From: Deltaproteobacteria bacterium
GTDB taxonomy: Bacteria > Myxococcota_A > Polyangia > Fen-1088
Direction of reading: 5' to 3'
NCBI GenBank assembly: GCA_033763315.1
Contig: JANRKS010000032.1
Coordinates: forward strand, 128,001 to 192,000
Length of the DNA: 64,000 bases
Part shown: positions 44,207 to 56,318 of the stretch, in pieces
Position numbering within the stretch: position 1 is the stretch's first letter
Layout: each line of letters starts with the position of its first letter
Translations under genes and position numbers: made by a program
Notes under the pieces: generated by a model
What the model saw: only the letters and a program-made list of their open reading frames with translations
Told to the model about the DNA's origin: nothing
Database searches by the model: none

Positions 44207-45829
44207 TTGGGTTGGAAACGCAGCGCGGGCCAAGGGGCTCCCATTTCGATCATTTTGGCCATCGTGTTTCCCGCGATGGTGGGTTCCACTTTGGCGCTGG
44301 CGTACTACGGGTACCTTTACGCCGAAGACGTCTCGCGCCGCATGGAGGCCACGTTTCGCCAAACCGCATGGGCGGAAGCCACAACGCTCATTGAGGCGGT
44401 TGAAACGCAGGTGGATACGGCCGCCAAGGATGTCCTAGACAAGATTGCGTTGCCCGATACAGGCCGCGAAAGTGAAGCCTGCGAGTTAAACTCAGGGCCT
44501 CCCGTGGATGGTTACGTGGTCGTGCGTTTCAACGCCCGCGCCAAACTTGAAATCATCTGCGCGCGCGGTCGCGTGGCGCGCGAGGAGTGGCGGGATTCCT
44601 ACCTTCGCACGCTCGATTTCAGTTCCATTTTGCCCGGCCGCTTTCGCTTCGTTCACCAGCGGTTGGACAGGCAAGAGGTGTTGTTGGCGTTCATGCGCAA
44701 ACAAACCGACGGCGGCAAAGGTTATTTCGTTGTGGCACGTCTGGCCGATCGTTGGGTGCGTGATGTGATCGAAGCTGAGGTCAAGCCGTTATCGGGCAGC
44801 CGCCGCGTTACCGTTTTAGATCAACGTCGTCGCAGCATCGCGGGCGCATCGTTGCCTGAGCCCGCGCCGCGCCGCGAAGAACGTTTTCAAGTGGAACGTT
44901 CGTTCGGCAAGATCCTCTATGCGTGGGATTTGCAGTTGGCGCCGCGCGATGTGGAAACCCTGCGCGCGCAAGCGCAACGCCAAAGCAAGCTCGGCCCCAT
45001 CTTGGTGACGCTGTCGGCGCTGATCATCGGCGTGGGCCTTGTGATTGTGTGGCTGGGCGTTTTGGCCGAACGACGCGCGTCGCGGCTCAAAAGTGATTTC
45101 ATCGCGAACGTGTCGCATGAACTTAAAACGCCGCTGTCTCTCATCCGCATGTTTGGCGAGATGGTGGCCACCGGCCGTCACAAGGGTCCTGACGCCGTCA
45201 AAGAATATGGCGGCATCATCACCCGCGAGTCCGAACGTTTGTCACACCTCATCGACAACGTGCTCGATTTTGCGCGGCTTGAGCGCGGCAAGGCCAGCTA
45301 CCACTTCGAGGAAGGCGATCTGTCTGAGTTGCTCGAGCGCGCCGTAGATCTTTGTCGCTACCGCCTGGACAAAGAAAAACTGCGGCTTGAAACGTACAAC
45401 GAGCCCGATCTGCCACCTGTGCGCATGGACGAGAACGCACTGACGTTGGTGATCTTGAATTTGGTCGACAACGCGATCAAATACGCGGCCGATGCGGGCG
45501 TTGTGCATGTGGGCATCAAGCGAACCCCGGGCGGCGTGCTCTTGTGGGTGCGTGATTTCGGGCCCGGCATTCCCCTGGATGAGCGTGAGCGCATCTTCGA
45601 TCGCTTCTACCGCGCCCGCAACGCGCGTGACCGCAACATCCGTGGCAGCGGCATTGGCCTGTCATTGGTTAAGCACATCGCCGAGGCCCACGGCGGACGC
45701 GTCACCGTCGAAATCCCGCGCGGCGCCGACCGCCCCGGCGTGGGTACGTTTTTTGGTGTACACCTTCCCGCCTCGGCCGTGGAGCGAACAGCCCTGCTCA
45801 CCGCGCCCCCCGCCGATGTCCCCAGCTAA
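44207..45829 (+). CDS. Membrane sensor histidine kinase (PhoR/SasA-like)
   Basis: Two TM helices, [45 protein letters not shown]. Confidence 0.93.
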   Translation: MGWKRSAGQGAPISIILAIVFPAMVGSTLALAYYGYLYAEDVSRRMEATFRQTAWAEATTLIEAVETQVDTAAKDVLDKIALPDTGRESEACELNSGPPVDGYVVVRFNARAKLEIICARGRVAREEWRDSYLRTLDFSSILPGRFRFVHQRLDRQEVLLAFMRKQTDGGKGYFVVARLADRWVRDVIEAEVKPLSGSRRVTVLDQRRRSIAGASLPEPAPRREERFQVERSFGKILYAWDLQLAPRDVETLRAQAQRQSKLGPILVTLSALIIGVGLVIVWLGVLAERRASRLKSDFIANVSHELKTPLSLIRMFGEMVATGRHKGPDAVKEYGGIITRESERLSHLIDNVLDFARLERGKASYHFEEGDLSELLERAVDLCRYRLDKEKLRLETYNEPDLPPVRMDENALTLVILNLVDNAIKYAADAGVVHVGIKRTPGGVLLWVRDFGPGIPLDERERIFDRFYRARNARDRNIRGSGIGLSLVKHIAEAHGGRVTVEIPRGADRPGVGTFFGVHLPASAVERTALLTAPPADVPS

Positions 45830-45843
45830 CGAACAACAGTGCC

Positions 45844-46536
45844 ATGGCCGCCCCCAAGCTTCGCATCCTGATCATTGAAGATGAGCCCGACATCGCACGC
45901 GGCCTCACTGACGCGCTTGAATTCGAAGGGTTCGAGGTGTTCTGCAGCGGCTTGGGGCGCGAAGGCCTCAAAGTTGTGCGCGAGCGCGGCCCCGATCTTG
46001 TGATCTTGGACCTGATGCTTCCTGACATCAATGGCTTCTCTGTGTGCGAACAGATCCGCCAACACAACGCCCTGACACCTGTGATCATGTTGACCGCGCG
46101 CTCGCAAGAAAGTGACAAGATCCGCGGCTTGGAAGTGGGCGCCGACGATTACGTCACGAAACCCTTCTCTGTGGGTGAGCTGGTGGCGCGCATTCACGCC
46201 ATTTTCCGGCGGCTGCACCGCGTGCCTCAAGGTGTTGACGAAATCACCGTGGGCACAGCCTCGGTGAATTTGCGTAAGCACGAGCTTGTGCGGAATAAGA
46301 AGACGCACCAGCTCACTTTTTACGAGGTCGAGATCGTGAAGCTCTTGTCAGAGCGGGGTGGTGAACCCGTGTCACGCGACGAGATCTTGGAAAAGATCTG
46401 GGGCGTCAGTGGCTATGGTGGAAGTCGCTCGGTCGACAATTGTGTGGTCAAGCTGCGCAAGAAGTTGGAAGAAGATCCCGCCAACCCGCGCCACATCGTC
46501 ACCATCTATGGCACGGGATATAAATTGGTTCCCTGA
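45844..46536 (+). CDS. OmpR/PhoB-family response regulator
   Basis: [20 protein letters not shown] and a winged helix (RSVDN..LRKKLE…TIYGTGY). Confidence 0.96.
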   Translation: MAAPKLRILIIEDEPDIARGLTDALEFEGFEVFCSGLGREGLKVVRERGPDLVILDLMLPDINGFSVCEQIRQHNALTPVIMLTARSQESDKIRGLEVGADDYVTKPFSVGELVARIHAIFRRLHRVPQGVDEITVGTASVNLRKHELVRNKKTHQLTFYEVEIVKLLSERGGEPVSRDEILEKIWGVSGYGGSRSVDNCVVKLRKKLEEDPANPRHIVTIYGTGYKLVP

Positions 46537-46538
46537 CT

Positions 46539-47078
46539 TCAGCGCGTGTGAAACGCCGTGTTGAAGAACGTGCGCGTGTTCATGCGGTCGATGTAAAGGT
46601 TGCCGTTGAGGTGATCTATCTCGTGCTGCAATATGCGCGCGTACCACCCTTGCGCATCGATGGTGACGGGGGCGCCCGTGTGATCCAAGGCTTTGACCTG
46701 CACCGCTTTGGCGCGTGACACTTCTGCCGCAAACCCGGTGACGCTTAAGCAGCCTTCGACGAACGTGGCGTCCGTCGCATCCACCACCGTCAAGGTGGGG
46801 TTGATGATCACGTGAAAAGGAACAGGCCGCCGATCTTTCTTGGCCACCTCTTCAGGCGGTGCCAGCGCGATGGTTTCGGCGCGATCTTCAATGACGGCCA
46901 CGCGCAGCCCCACGCCCACCTGCGGCGCCGCCAAGCCTACGCCGGGCGCATCCAACATGGTGGCGCGCATCATCTCGATCAGCTGCCCAAACGCAGGCGT
47001 TTTAATGCGCGAGGGATCCACCTCGGCCGCGTTCTCGCGCAAAACTTTTGCGCCCACTTGCACGATCTTCAAAATCAT
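46539..47078 (-). CDS. def: Peptide deformylase
   Basis: GVGLAAPQVG, EGCLS, QHEIDHLNG. Confidence 0.97.
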   Translation of the reverse strand: MILKIVQVGAKVLRENAAEVDPSRIKTPAFGQLIEMMRATMLDAPGVGLAAPQVGVGLRVAVIEDRAETIALAPPEEVAKKDRRPVPFHVIINPTLTVVDATDATFVEGCLSVTGFAAEVSRAKAVQVKALDHTGAPVTIDAQGWYARILQHEIDHLNGNLYIDRMNTRTFFNTAFHTR

Positions 47079-47096
47079 TGCATGCCTCTGCCGCCT

Positions 47097-48497
47097 TTAT
47101 ACCAGAGGGCGCCCGGAAGAATCGATCGGCTGCGGTGGCGGGGTGTCGTCCGTTTCGATCGGCCGGTGTACCAAGCCTCCTCCCAACCGCAGACCCATCA
47201 CACGCAACAACAACTTGTGAGGCCGCTCGTTGGGCACATGCACGTGTTCAAGCAACTTCGGCGCCGCCATGGCCACAAGGATGCGCACAACGGTGCTGGC
47301 CAAGAACAGCACCCAATAGCGCCCCGCTGACCATCCCAAAACCAAGCCTCCCACCACGGTGCCTGCGAGCTGGGTAGAGCCTTGCAGCAAGCTCTGCATG
47401 GCAAACACGTGTTGTCGCATCGATGACCGGCTGACGTCCAAATACAACGCCAGTTGCGCGATCTCGTGTCCGCCCCAAGCAAAGCCCGAAAGGCACTGCG
47501 CCACGATCACCCACACCATGCCGTCGGCCCATAACCATGGCAGCGGAATCAACGCCACCAACCCCACCGCCAACAAGAACACGGCGCGCGGGTTGTGCGT
47601 GTCCACCACCTTGCCCCAAGACGACATGCTCGCCACCTTCGTGATCACCACCGCCAAGCTGCCTGCGGTGTATTCAAGGTACGACAAGTGCAAATGCTCC
47701 AGCATGTATGTGCTGAAGTAGGGCGAAGACAGGTACACCGCGAACTGCAGCAACGTGCCCACCAACAGCAGCCTTCGTGCATGCGTGGCCGAGGGTGATG
47801 TGGCAAGCGTGCGAAGGCGCACATGTTTGGTTTCGCTGTCCAACGCCGGCTCCGGCGACAGCGCCAATAGCAATGCTGAGACGGCCCGAGCCAGCGCCGC
47901 TGCGCCGAACGCCACCACAAAGCCCAGGCCGCCAGCGCCTTTTTGAATCTTGCCGGCCGTTTCAGGTTCGATCAGGTGCAGCATGAGGCCCGCGCCCAAC
48001 ATCGTGACCATCGTGCTCACCTGCACGCGGCGGCTGCGTCGCGAAAAATAGCGGCCGCGCCGGGCGGCGGGAACCACCGCGCCCATCCACGATGACCAAG
48101 CCGTGCCCGCCGCTTGCGAACAGGCTTGATGAATGCACACCAAAGTGATGAGCCACGCGGGCGTCAACACGCCGAAGGCGTCACCCAACGCCACCGCGGC
48201 CAAGGACGCGGCCTGCACACTGGCCCCAGCCACCACCAAAGGGCGCCGTTGAGCGCCCCGGTTCGCGAACGCGATCGCCAACACCGGGCCGAGGCCGCCC
48301 ACGAACAGTGGCAGGCTGACCACCAACCCCATCTGCACGCTGCTGGCCCCCAAGCGCACTGCGTCCGCCAAGAAATACGCCTCGCCCGCGCCCACCATCA
48401 CCGCGTAGAACACGGCTTCGAGCAGCGACAAGTGCATCGCCCGTTCCGTGGCTGTGGCTGACAAAGGCACGGGGGCGGCCTGCGCTCGTGTGTTCAT
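47097..48497 (-). CDS. MFS transporter
   Basis: About 12 hydrophobic segments, AWSSWM..VP…RGRYF, WGKVVD. Confidence 0.85.
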   Translation of the reverse strand: MNTRAQAAPVPLSATATERAMHLSLLEAVFYAVMVGAGEAYFLADAVRLGASSVQMGLVVSLPLFVGGLGPVLAIAFANRGAQRRPLVVAGASVQAASLAAVALGDAFGVLTPAWLITLVCIHQACSQAAGTAWSSWMGAVVPAARRGRYFSRRSRRVQVSTMVTMLGAGLMLHLIEPETAGKIQKGAGGLGFVVAFGAAALARAVSALLLALSPEPALDSETKHVRLRTLATSPSATHARRLLLVGTLLQFAVYLSSPYFSTYMLEHLHLSYLEYTAGSLAVVITKVASMSSWGKVVDTHNPRAVFLLAVGLVALIPLPWLWADGMVWVIVAQCLSGFAWGGHEIAQLALYLDVSRSSMRQHVFAMQSLLQGSTQLAGTVVGGLVLGWSAGRYWVLFLASTVVRILVAMAAPKLLEHVHVPNERPHKLLLRVMGLRLGGGLVHRPIETDDTPPPQPIDSSGRPLV

Positions 48498-48585
48498 GGG
48501 GCAACCGTCATGCTACGGCATGTTTTCATCGGTGGGCGCCAAAAATCCCTAACAGCTCTCGACGAAAACGCATGCCAGATGCAGG

Positions 48586-50727
48586 ATGGCATCTGCGTTG
48601 GTGAAGCCCCGCAGCGAACCGTCCTCGAGTTTACGTTTCCCTCCCGCTTTCGCCGAGGGGATACCCACCGCGCTTGTCCGCACCGCGCCCGGTTTGGTGC
48701 TCGAGTTATTTTTGAAGGTGCTCATCCTCACGTCGCTGGGGGTGCTGCTGGTGGCTTTGTGTTGGGGGCCGCCACGCACCGCCATTTTGGCGGGCGGCCA
48801 CTTGCTTATGGATTTGCTGCTGTTTTACCGGGTTCGCCGCGGCCACACGAAAGGCGCCGCCTTCGGCCTGTGTTTGTCATTGTGGGCGGTCGCCAGCTAC
48901 GCGGCCTGGCAGGGCCACGGCACGCACGACGCGGCGATGGTGGTGCTGGGCGTGCTGATGATGGCCGCGGGCTTATTGCGTGTGCGCTGGCAATCCACGT
49001 CAATCCTTTTGCTCACCCTCGGCGCGGTGTGGGCCATGGGGTGGGCCGAAATGAACGGCCACTCGCGCACTGTGCTGGCGAAGATCACCGGATACGACGA
49101 TGTCTTGATTCTTTCCATCTTGTTCACGGCGACGTGGACGCTGATGCATTTTCTCATTTCGCGCTTGGCCCACAGCGCGGCGCTGGCGCAAGCCAATGAT
49201 CAGAATTATCAAGAGATCTTCGATGCCACCCGCGACGCCCTGTTCGTCCTTCATCCCTCGACGGCCGAGGTGCTGAACGTCAACGCGGCCGTTGGCTGTT
49301 TGATGGGGCAACCCAAGGCGCAGCTGCTGGGTGCGTCGTTCGCCGACGTTGTGAACGTCGCCAAGGAGCAGATGCAGGCGTGGTTGAACGAGTGTGCCGG
49401 CGGCGGCTCGGTGTCACAAGATCGCTTGCTTGATCGCGGCGGTTTACCCTCGGTGTGGATCGAGATCAATTTGCGTGGCACAACGCTTGACGGCCACCCG
49501 CGTGTATTGGCGGTTCTTCACGACGTTCATGCGCGTCACCGGCTTGACGAAGAATTGCGCCAGGCAGACAAGCTGCGCGCGCTCGGCCACTTGGCAGGGG
49601 GCGTGGCGCACGATTTTAACAACCAGCTCACGGGCATCTTGGCGAACGCGGAATTGCTGCGGCTTGAACACCAAAACCATCGCGCCATGAACCCTGCGTT
49701 CGTTGACGCCATCATCAAGTGCGCGATGCGCTCGGCGGATTTAACGAAGCAGCTGTTGGCGTTCGCCCGCAAGGCGCGCCCCCGGCGGGAAGACGTGGAC
49801 GTGGTGGCATTGGTCAAAGACGTGGTGGGAATGCTTCAGCGCGGCTTGGATCCACGCGTGTCTGTGCGGATGGAGTTGCCCGCGGGCGTCCTATCTGTGG
49901 CGGCGGATCCGTCCCTGCTGCACAACGCGCTTTTGAACCTTGGCATCAACGCCAAAGAAGCGATGCCACAAGGCGGAGAGCTGAGGTTCTCGGTGGGCAC
50001 TGTGAGCGTCGATTCCACAACCGCAAGCGTGTTGCAAATTGGCGCGGGCGATTGCCTCCTGATTCAGGTCAAAGACACCGGCACCGGCATGGACGAGGCA
50101 ACCAAAGCCCAGATCTTCGATCCGTTCTTTACAACCAAAGACACGGGCACAGGTATGGGCCTGGCGGCCGCCTACGGAACCGTGCGCAGCCATGGTGGCG
50201 CCTTGTGTGTGCAAAGCGATCCTGGCCAAGGCAGCACGTTCATGATGTATCTGCCCCTGGCGAGCCCCCTGGTGCCAAGCCCTTCAGAGACGTCGTTGCC
50301 GGTGGTGTGGCCGCGGCATGCAAGGTTGACGGTGTGGGTTGTGGACGACGAACCTGACGTGGCCCGCACAACCGAGCACATGCTCAAGGCGCTGGGGCAC
50401 GCCACACGGGGGTTTACGAATGCAGAAGCGGCTTTGGCGGCCTTCGCCGTGGAACACGCCCATGTATCGCTTTTCATTCTGGATCGGGTGATGCCCGAGC
50501 GATCGGGCGACGATTTGCTGACGCTCTTGCGACAGCGCGTGCCGCAGCTGCCGGCCGTGATGGTGTCTGGCTACAGCGAAGATCAGGGCCCGAGCCACGT
50601 TGCCACGTTGAACACTGTGTTCGTGCAAAAGCCGTTTGGGCCCGCTGACCTGGCCATGGCGATCGAGCGCTTGTGCGCCGATCCGCAGGTGGCCGCTCGG
50701 CTGCGCTCTGCGGCGCCCACCGCTTAG
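48586..50727 (+). CDS. Hybrid sensor kinase (membrane domain-PAS-HisKA-HATPase-REC)
   Basis: Multi-TM N-terminus, PAS domain, [34 protein letters not shown]…D..MP…KPF. Confidence 0.92.
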   Translation: MASALVKPRSEPSSSLRFPPAFAEGIPTALVRTAPGLVLELFLKVLILTSLGVLLVALCWGPPRTAILAGGHLLMDLLLFYRVRRGHTKGAAFGLCLSLWAVASYAAWQGHGTHDAAMVVLGVLMMAAGLLRVRWQSTSILLLTLGAVWAMGWAEMNGHSRTVLAKITGYDDVLILSILFTATWTLMHFLISRLAHSAALAQANDQNYQEIFDATRDALFVLHPSTAEVLNVNAAVGCLMGQPKAQLLGASFADVVNVAKEQMQAWLNECAGGGSVSQDRLLDRGGLPSVWIEINLRGTTLDGHPRVLAVLHDVHARHRLDEELRQADKLRALGHLAGGVAHDFNNQLTGILANAELLRLEHQNHRAMNPAFVDAIIKCAMRSADLTKQLLAFARKARPRREDVDVVALVKDVVGMLQRGLDPRVSVRMELPAGVLSVAADPSLLHNALLNLGINAKEAMPQGGELRFSVGTVSVDSTTASVLQIGAGDCLLIQVKDTGTGMDEATKAQIFDPFFTTKDTGTGMGLAAAYGTVRSHGGALCVQSDPGQGSTFMMYLPLASPLVPSPSETSLPVVWPRHARLTVWVVDDEPDVARTTEHMLKALGHATRGFTNAEAALAAFAVEHAHVSLFILDRVMPERSGDDLLTLLRQRVPQLPAVMVSGYSEDQGPSHVATLNTVFVQKPFGPADLAMAIERLCADPQVAARLRSAAPTA

Positions 50728-50782
50728 GCCCCGCCAGCCTTGGGTGTCAAAGCCGCGAAGCAATGTGGTAAGAAGCGCGGCC

Positions 50783-52273
50783 ATGACCACCGCTTTCCCC
50801 TCCGCCGTCCGGGTACGCATCGCGCCTTCGCCCACGGGCGATCCCCACGTCGGCACCGCGTACATCGCTTTGTTCAATTACGTGTTCGCCAAGAAACATG
50901 GCGGCCAGTTCATTCTGCGCATCGAGGACACCGACCAAACCCGGTCGCACCCGGAATCTGAGAAGGCCATTTTGCGCGCTTTGCGTTGGGTAGGCCTCGC
51001 CTGGGACGAAGGCCCAGACATCGGCGGCCCTTATGGTCCGTACCGGCAATCCGAGCGCGCGGCGCTTTACCGGCAGGCTGCCGACTCGCTGGTGCAAAAG
51101 GGTACGGCCTACCGCTGCTTCTGCACCGAGGCCCGGCTTGATGAGCTGCGCAAGCAACAAAAGGTGGATGGCGGGCGCCAGGGTTATGATCGTCACTGCC
51201 GTTCGTTGACGTTGCAAGAGGCAACCACGCGGGCCCAGGCCGGTGAGACGTTCGTCGTGCGTTTGAAGATGCCCATCGATGGCGAGTCGGTGGTGAACGA
51301 TTACCTGCGCGGCGAAGTGCGGTTTGAGAACAGCTTGATTGACGATCAGGTGTTGCTCAAATCCGATGGCTTCCCGACCTACCACCTGGCCAATGTCGTC
51401 GATGATCATGAGATGAAGATCACGCACGTCATTCGCGCCGAAGAATGGCTGGTGTCTACGCCAAAACACGAAGCGCTTTACCGTGCGTTTGGCTGGGACA
51501 TCCCCACGTGGGTGCACCTGCCGTTGCTGCGCAACCCCGACAAATCGAAGATTTCAAAACGCAAGAACCCCGTATCGCTGGATTATTACCGCGACGCTGG
51601 CTACTTGCCCGAAGCGCTGCTCAATTACCTGGGCACCATGGGTTGGTCGATCTCAGGCGACCGCGAAAAGTTTGATCTTGCCGAGATGATCTCTGTGTTC
51701 ACCTTTGATCGCGTCAGCTTGGGCGGGCCCGTGTTTGATTTGGTGAAATTGCGCGCGATGAACGCCCTTTATTTGCGCGAGCTCGACGATCAGAGAATCG
51801 TGGAACGGCTGCGCTCGTGGCGCTTCAGTGACGAGTACTTGCAAAGCCTGGTGCCGCTTGTGCGTGAACGCATCGAGTTGCTTTCAGACTTCGTAGGCAA
51901 AACCGACTTCTTCTTTCAAGGCGACGTTGACCACATGGCGATGGCGGCCGATCTGATTCCGAAGAAGCGTACACGTGCGGAGACCGTGGAGCTCATGAAG
52001 GCCATGATCGAATGGCTGGACGTGCAGCGTGATTTTGCGGCGCCCGTGCTCGAAGCCGACGCTAAGGCGTTCGCTGCCAAAGTGGGTTGGGCGCCCAAAG
52101 AGGTTTTCATGCTGTTGCGCGTGGGCGCCACGGCACGCAAAGCCACTCCCCCGTTGTTCGAAACCTTGTCTGTCTTGGGGCGTGATCTCGTGCGGCGTCG
52201 CTTACGCGAATGCCTCGAAGTCATCAAACGTTTGCCAGAGCCCGCAGCGGCGCCGGCGGCCAAGCAACCCTAA
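50783..52273 (+). CDS. gltX: Glutamate--tRNA ligase
   Basis: [42 protein letters not shown]. Confidence 0.97.
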   Translation: MTTAFPSAVRVRIAPSPTGDPHVGTAYIALFNYVFAKKHGGQFILRIEDTDQTRSHPESEKAILRALRWVGLAWDEGPDIGGPYGPYRQSERAALYRQAADSLVQKGTAYRCFCTEARLDELRKQQKVDGGRQGYDRHCRSLTLQEATTRAQAGETFVVRLKMPIDGESVVNDYLRGEVRFENSLIDDQVLLKSDGFPTYHLANVVDDHEMKITHVIRAEEWLVSTPKHEALYRAFGWDIPTWVHLPLLRNPDKSKISKRKNPVSLDYYRDAGYLPEALLNYLGTMGWSISGDREKFDLAEMISVFTFDRVSLGGPVFDLVKLRAMNALYLRELDDQRIVERLRSWRFSDEYLQSLVPLVRERIELLSDFVGKTDFFFQGDVDHMAMAADLIPKKRTRAETVELMKAMIEWLDVQRDFAAPVLEADAKAFAAKVGWAPKEVFMLLRVGATARKATPPLFETLSVLGRDLVRRRLRECLEVIKRLPEPAAAPAAKQP

Positions 52274-54028
52274 ACGGCGGCGCGATCGGGGGCGGGCGTG
52301 GCGCGTGTCACGTCGCCCTTGGTTAGCTGCGCTTGCACTTCGTTGGCGGGCAGCGGCTTGCTGAAGAAGAAGCCTTGCATCTCGTCAACGCCCAAGCCTT
52401 TGAGGCGCAGCCGTTGTTCGTCGGTTTCCACACCCTCGGCCACCGTTCGCAGACCCAACGCATGTGCGATCGCGATCATCGCCCGCACGATCGTCTCGGA
52501 ATTGTCATCGGTGCCCATGTCCATGACAAAGGAACGATCGATCTTAAGCGCGTCGACGCGGAAGCGCTTGAGGTACGCCAGCGATGAATAGCCGGTGCCG
52601 AAATCGTCGATCGCCAATTGAATGCCCATGCCGCGCAAACGCGCCAGGTGCTCACGGCAGTTGGAATCGCCCTGCATAAGCACGGCCTCCGTGATCTCCA
52701 ACTCTAGGTCCGAAGGCGCGACGCCTGTGCGCTGCAGAATTGCGTCGACGCAATCGACGCAACCCGCGTCGCGTAGCTGCACCGGCGAAAGGTTTACCGC
52801 CATACGCAGCCCCTTATAGCCCAGGTCTTGAAAGCGCCGCAGTTGCTTGCAGCTTTCCTCCAGCACCCAGGTTCCGATCTCTTGGATCACGCCGGTCTCT
52901 TCGGCGAGCGGAATGAACAGCGCGGGGCTGATGAGACCACGCTCGGTGTGCTTCCAGCGCACGAGGGCTTCGAGCCCAATCACCATGTTGCTGCCTGGAT
53001 CGATTTGCGGTTGATAAAACACCACCAATTCGTTGCGCTCCACGGCGTGCCGCAGGTCGGCCTCAAGCTCAAGCCGTGACGCCGCGTTGGCGTTCATGGC
53101 CGGATTGAAGATGCACAGACGGCGGCGTCCGTCGGCTTTCGCACGGTTCATCGCCGTGTCGGCGTTCTTCAGCAACGCATCGAAGTCTTCACCATCGCCC
53201 GGGTAAACGGCCACACCCATGCTGAACGTGACGAACACGCGCCTGTTGCCAGCCACCTCAATCGGGTGATCTTGCAACCGCAACACCTTCGCCGCGATGG
53301 AAGAAACGTTGTCTTCCGTTTGCAGGCCTGGAAGCACCAACACAAACTCATCGCCGCCAAAGCGCGCCACCGTATCCGATTTGCGCAAGCAGCCGCGCAG
53401 CTGTGTGGCGATCTTCTCTAAAAGCTCATCGCCAACCACGTGGCCAAGCGTGTCGTTCACCTTCTTGAAGTTGTCGACGTCCACGAACATGATGGCCACG
53501 CGCGTGTTGTCGCGTTGGGCGTGTGCCAGTTCCAAGCGGAGCCTATCGGTCAACAACACGCGGTTGGGCAGGCCCGTCACGGGGTCGTGAAATGCCAAGA
53601 AGCGCGCGGCCTCTTGAATGCGTTCCTTCTCGCGGAGCTCATGTGCCAAGCGCCGGCTCATATCCTTTAAGTGACCCACGCCCACGCCCACCACGACCCC
53701 TGAAAGGATCCCCGCAAAGCCGCGGGCCACAATATCCACCACGGGCAAATGTTCTTGCGCCGATGCGACCACCACATTGATGGCCGCGGTGACCACGGCC
53801 GCCAGCGCGCCCCACACAGGGCCGCGGTATGTGCCCACAAGAATGATGGAAAGAAAGGAGAGCAGGAACGCGCTTTCCCCCATGATCCGCGACAACGGCC
53901 AACATAGCGCGCCGTAGGCGACCACTGACGCAATGCAAAGCAAGGTGAGCGCGCGCGAAGGCGGTTCGGGAGGCGCGGTGGCCTCAAGGGACACCGCCTG
54001 CGTCAAAGAGCCGCTAGTGATTCTCACA
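52270..54028 (-). CDS. Membrane-anchored GGDEF-EAL protein
   Basis: TM N-terminus, [53 protein letters not shown]. Start uncertain (up to 54186). Confidence 0.93.
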
Positions 54029-54179
54029 ACAGGTGGGGCATCGGCATAAGCGGGGGCGGCATTGAGACAAGTCGGCGGGTCTGCGTGAAATCGCCTCACG
54101 TCGTCACGTTTGTGAAACGCACCGCCGCTTCGACGCCCGGCTGGGTCAGCGACAAAAAACGACACCTGATTACAATTGG

Positions 54180-55778
54180 ATGACAATCGCCCAGGTACAT
54201 TTGCCGCCTATGGACTTTTCAGGGGCGCTTATCGGGCTTTATCTGGGGATTTTTCTGTGTCTCGCGGTGTACGGCGTGCACCGTTCGCACCTCGTGATGC
54301 TGTTCTATAAGTTCAAGAACCGCCGTCCGCAGGTCACGACCCGTTATAAGGATCTGCCGGCCGTCACCGTGCAGCTGCCTTTGTTTAACGAGATGTACGT
54401 GGCCGAGCGCCTGCTGGACGCCGTGGCCGCCATCCGTTACCCGCGCGATCGCTTTCAGATCCAGGTGCTCGACGACTCCACCGACGAGACACGCGACATC
54501 TGCCGCCGCAAGGTGGATGCCTTGAAGGCCGAGCACCCCGAACTCGACATCGAATACATTCACCGCACCGACCGCACGGGCTTTAAGGCTGGCGCCTTGG
54601 ACAACGGCTTGCGCACCGCCAAGGGCGAGATGGTGATGATCTTCGACGCTGACTTTCTGCCCCAGCCCGAGGTTCTCGAACAAACCATCCATAACTTCTC
54701 GGATCCCCAGGTGGCCGTGGTGCAGTGCCGTTGGGAGCACGTGAACCGCGAGTTCTCTGCGCTCACCGAGGCGCAGGCTGTGATGTTGGACGGTCACTTC
54801 GTAATGGAGCACGCGGGCCGCGCGTGGTCGGGCCGCTTCTTCAATTTCAACGGCACCGCGGGCATCTGGCGCCGCGCCGCCATCGCGCAATCGGGCGGCT
54901 GGCAACACGACACGCTCACTGAAGACATGGACTTGTCCTACCGCGCGCAGCTGCGGGGCTGGAAGTTCATCTACATCCCCGAGGTGGCCACACCGGCTGA
55001 ACTGCCCGTGGAGATGTCCGCGTTCAAGTCGCAGCAGTTTCGATGGGCGAAGGGCTCCGTTCAGGTGGCGTGCAAGCTTTTGCCCACCATTTTGCGTTCA
55101 AACGCCACGTTCTCACAAAAGGCCGAGGCCTTCTTTCACCTCACCAACAACTTCGCCTATCCGTTGATCGTGTTGTTGTCGTTGTTGTTGCTGCCGAACT
55201 TGGCTTACCGCACCGAGCATGGTCTGCGCGAAGTGCTGCTGATCGATTTGCCGCTATTTTTCGGCACCACGATGAGCATTGCGTCCTTCTACATTTGCTC
55301 GCAAAAAGAAATCGCGCGCATGGAAGGCACGCGGCCTCTGTTGCGCATGTGGGCCGCGTTTCGTCAATTGCCCTTGGTGTTGTCGCTGGGCATCGGACTT
55401 TCGATCAACCAAACCCGCGCCGTGTTTGAGGCGGTGATGGGCCGTGAGACGGAGTTCGTGCGCACGCCAAAGCATGGCGTCAAGGGCAAGCTTGAATCAT
55501 GGACCACGAAGCGTTACCGCGGTGCCAAGTCCATCACCCCGTTCATCGAAGTGGCCATGGCGCTTTACTTCGCTGTCACGTTGATTGTGGCCATCGATCA
55601 CGGTCACTTTATCTCGGTGCCGTTCGTGTTCTTGTTCTTCTCGGGCTACGCCTACGTGGGTTTCACGTCGCTGTGGCAAGGCGCTTTTGGCCACGCCGTG
55701 CGCCGCTTGCCCGCGTTCATCAAAGAGTCCGTGTTTGGCGCCGAATCGAATGTTGTAACCGACCAGCGCGGCGCTTAA
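54180..55778 (+). CDS. Processive GT2 glycosyltransferase (cellulose-synthase-like, CslA-type)
   Basis: VQLPLFNE, LDDSTD, GFKAG, IFDADF, FNGTAG, TEDMD, QQFRWAKG, plus several TM helices. Confidence 0.92.
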   Translation: MTIAQVHLPPMDFSGALIGLYLGIFLCLAVYGVHRSHLVMLFYKFKNRRPQVTTRYKDLPAVTVQLPLFNEMYVAERLLDAVAAIRYPRDRFQIQVLDDSTDETRDICRRKVDALKAEHPELDIEYIHRTDRTGFKAGALDNGLRTAKGEMVMIFDADFLPQPEVLEQTIHNFSDPQVAVVQCRWEHVNREFSALTEAQAVMLDGHFVMEHAGRAWSGRFFNFNGTAGIWRRAAIAQSGGWQHDTLTEDMDLSYRAQLRGWKFIYIPEVATPAELPVEMSAFKSQQFRWAKGSVQVACKLLPTILRSNATFSQKAEAFFHLTNNFAYPLIVLLSLLLLPNLAYRTEHGLREVLLIDLPLFFGTTMSIASFYICSQKEIARMEGTRPLLRMWAAFRQLPLVLSLGIGLSINQTRAVFEAVMGRETEFVRTPKHGVKGKLESWTTKRYRGAKSITPFIEVAMALYFAVTLIVAIDHGHFISVPFVFLFFSGYAYVGFTSLWQGAFGHAVRRLPAFIKESVFGAESNVVTDQRGA

Positions 55779-55812
55779 ACGAGGCGCTTCATCGCCGCCG
55801 GCCCGGGCCCGC

Positions 55813-56313
55813 TCACGGTTGACTTGGTTCAACCGGTTGACTGGCCCCGGCGTCGGCGGTTTCGCTTTTGGCGCTTTCAGGCACCAACGGAAACCGATCG
55901 CCGCGCAACCGGCGTTGGCTTGTGACGCGCCAGTCGCCGCCCACGATCTCCCAGGTCTGTTCCACCGACGTCTTGCGAATCACCGGATCGCGCTTGGTGT
56001 ACCACTCAAAGTGCGCCACGGTTTTCGCTTTGACAGGTGGCTGGTCGAACTTGATCGATGTCATTTCGTGATCAGCTATCACCAATTCATCTTCCACGAG
56101 GTCGGCACGTTTTAAGAACCGAAGGCCCTCGGTGGCCTCGAAATAACCGGCCGCCGTGTCGTAGCGGGCCCAACGAATGTCGTTGTTGAACTCGCGTGAA
56201 CTGCGCAAAAGCTGATCCTGTTTTTGCTGCCCAGGCGAGATGCAAGCTTGCGTCGAGGCCAACACACCGGCGGCCAACCCACCTCGCAACACGCGTCGTC
56301 GATCGTTGTTCAT
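55813..56313 (-). CDS. Putative Tat-lipoprotein of unknown function
   Basis: DRRRVL…STQAC signal and FNNDIRW.RY..AA; starts 5 nt downstream of prmC. Confidence 0.7.
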   Translation of the reverse strand: MNNDRRRVLRGGLAAGVLASTQACISPGQQKQDQLLRSSREFNNDIRWARYDTAAGYFEATEGLRFLKRADLVEDELVIADHEMTSIKFDQPPVKAKTVAHFEWYTKRDPVIRKTSVEQTWEIVGGDWRVTSQRRLRGDRFPLVPESAKSETADAGASQPVEPSQP

Positions 56314-56318
56314 GAGGC

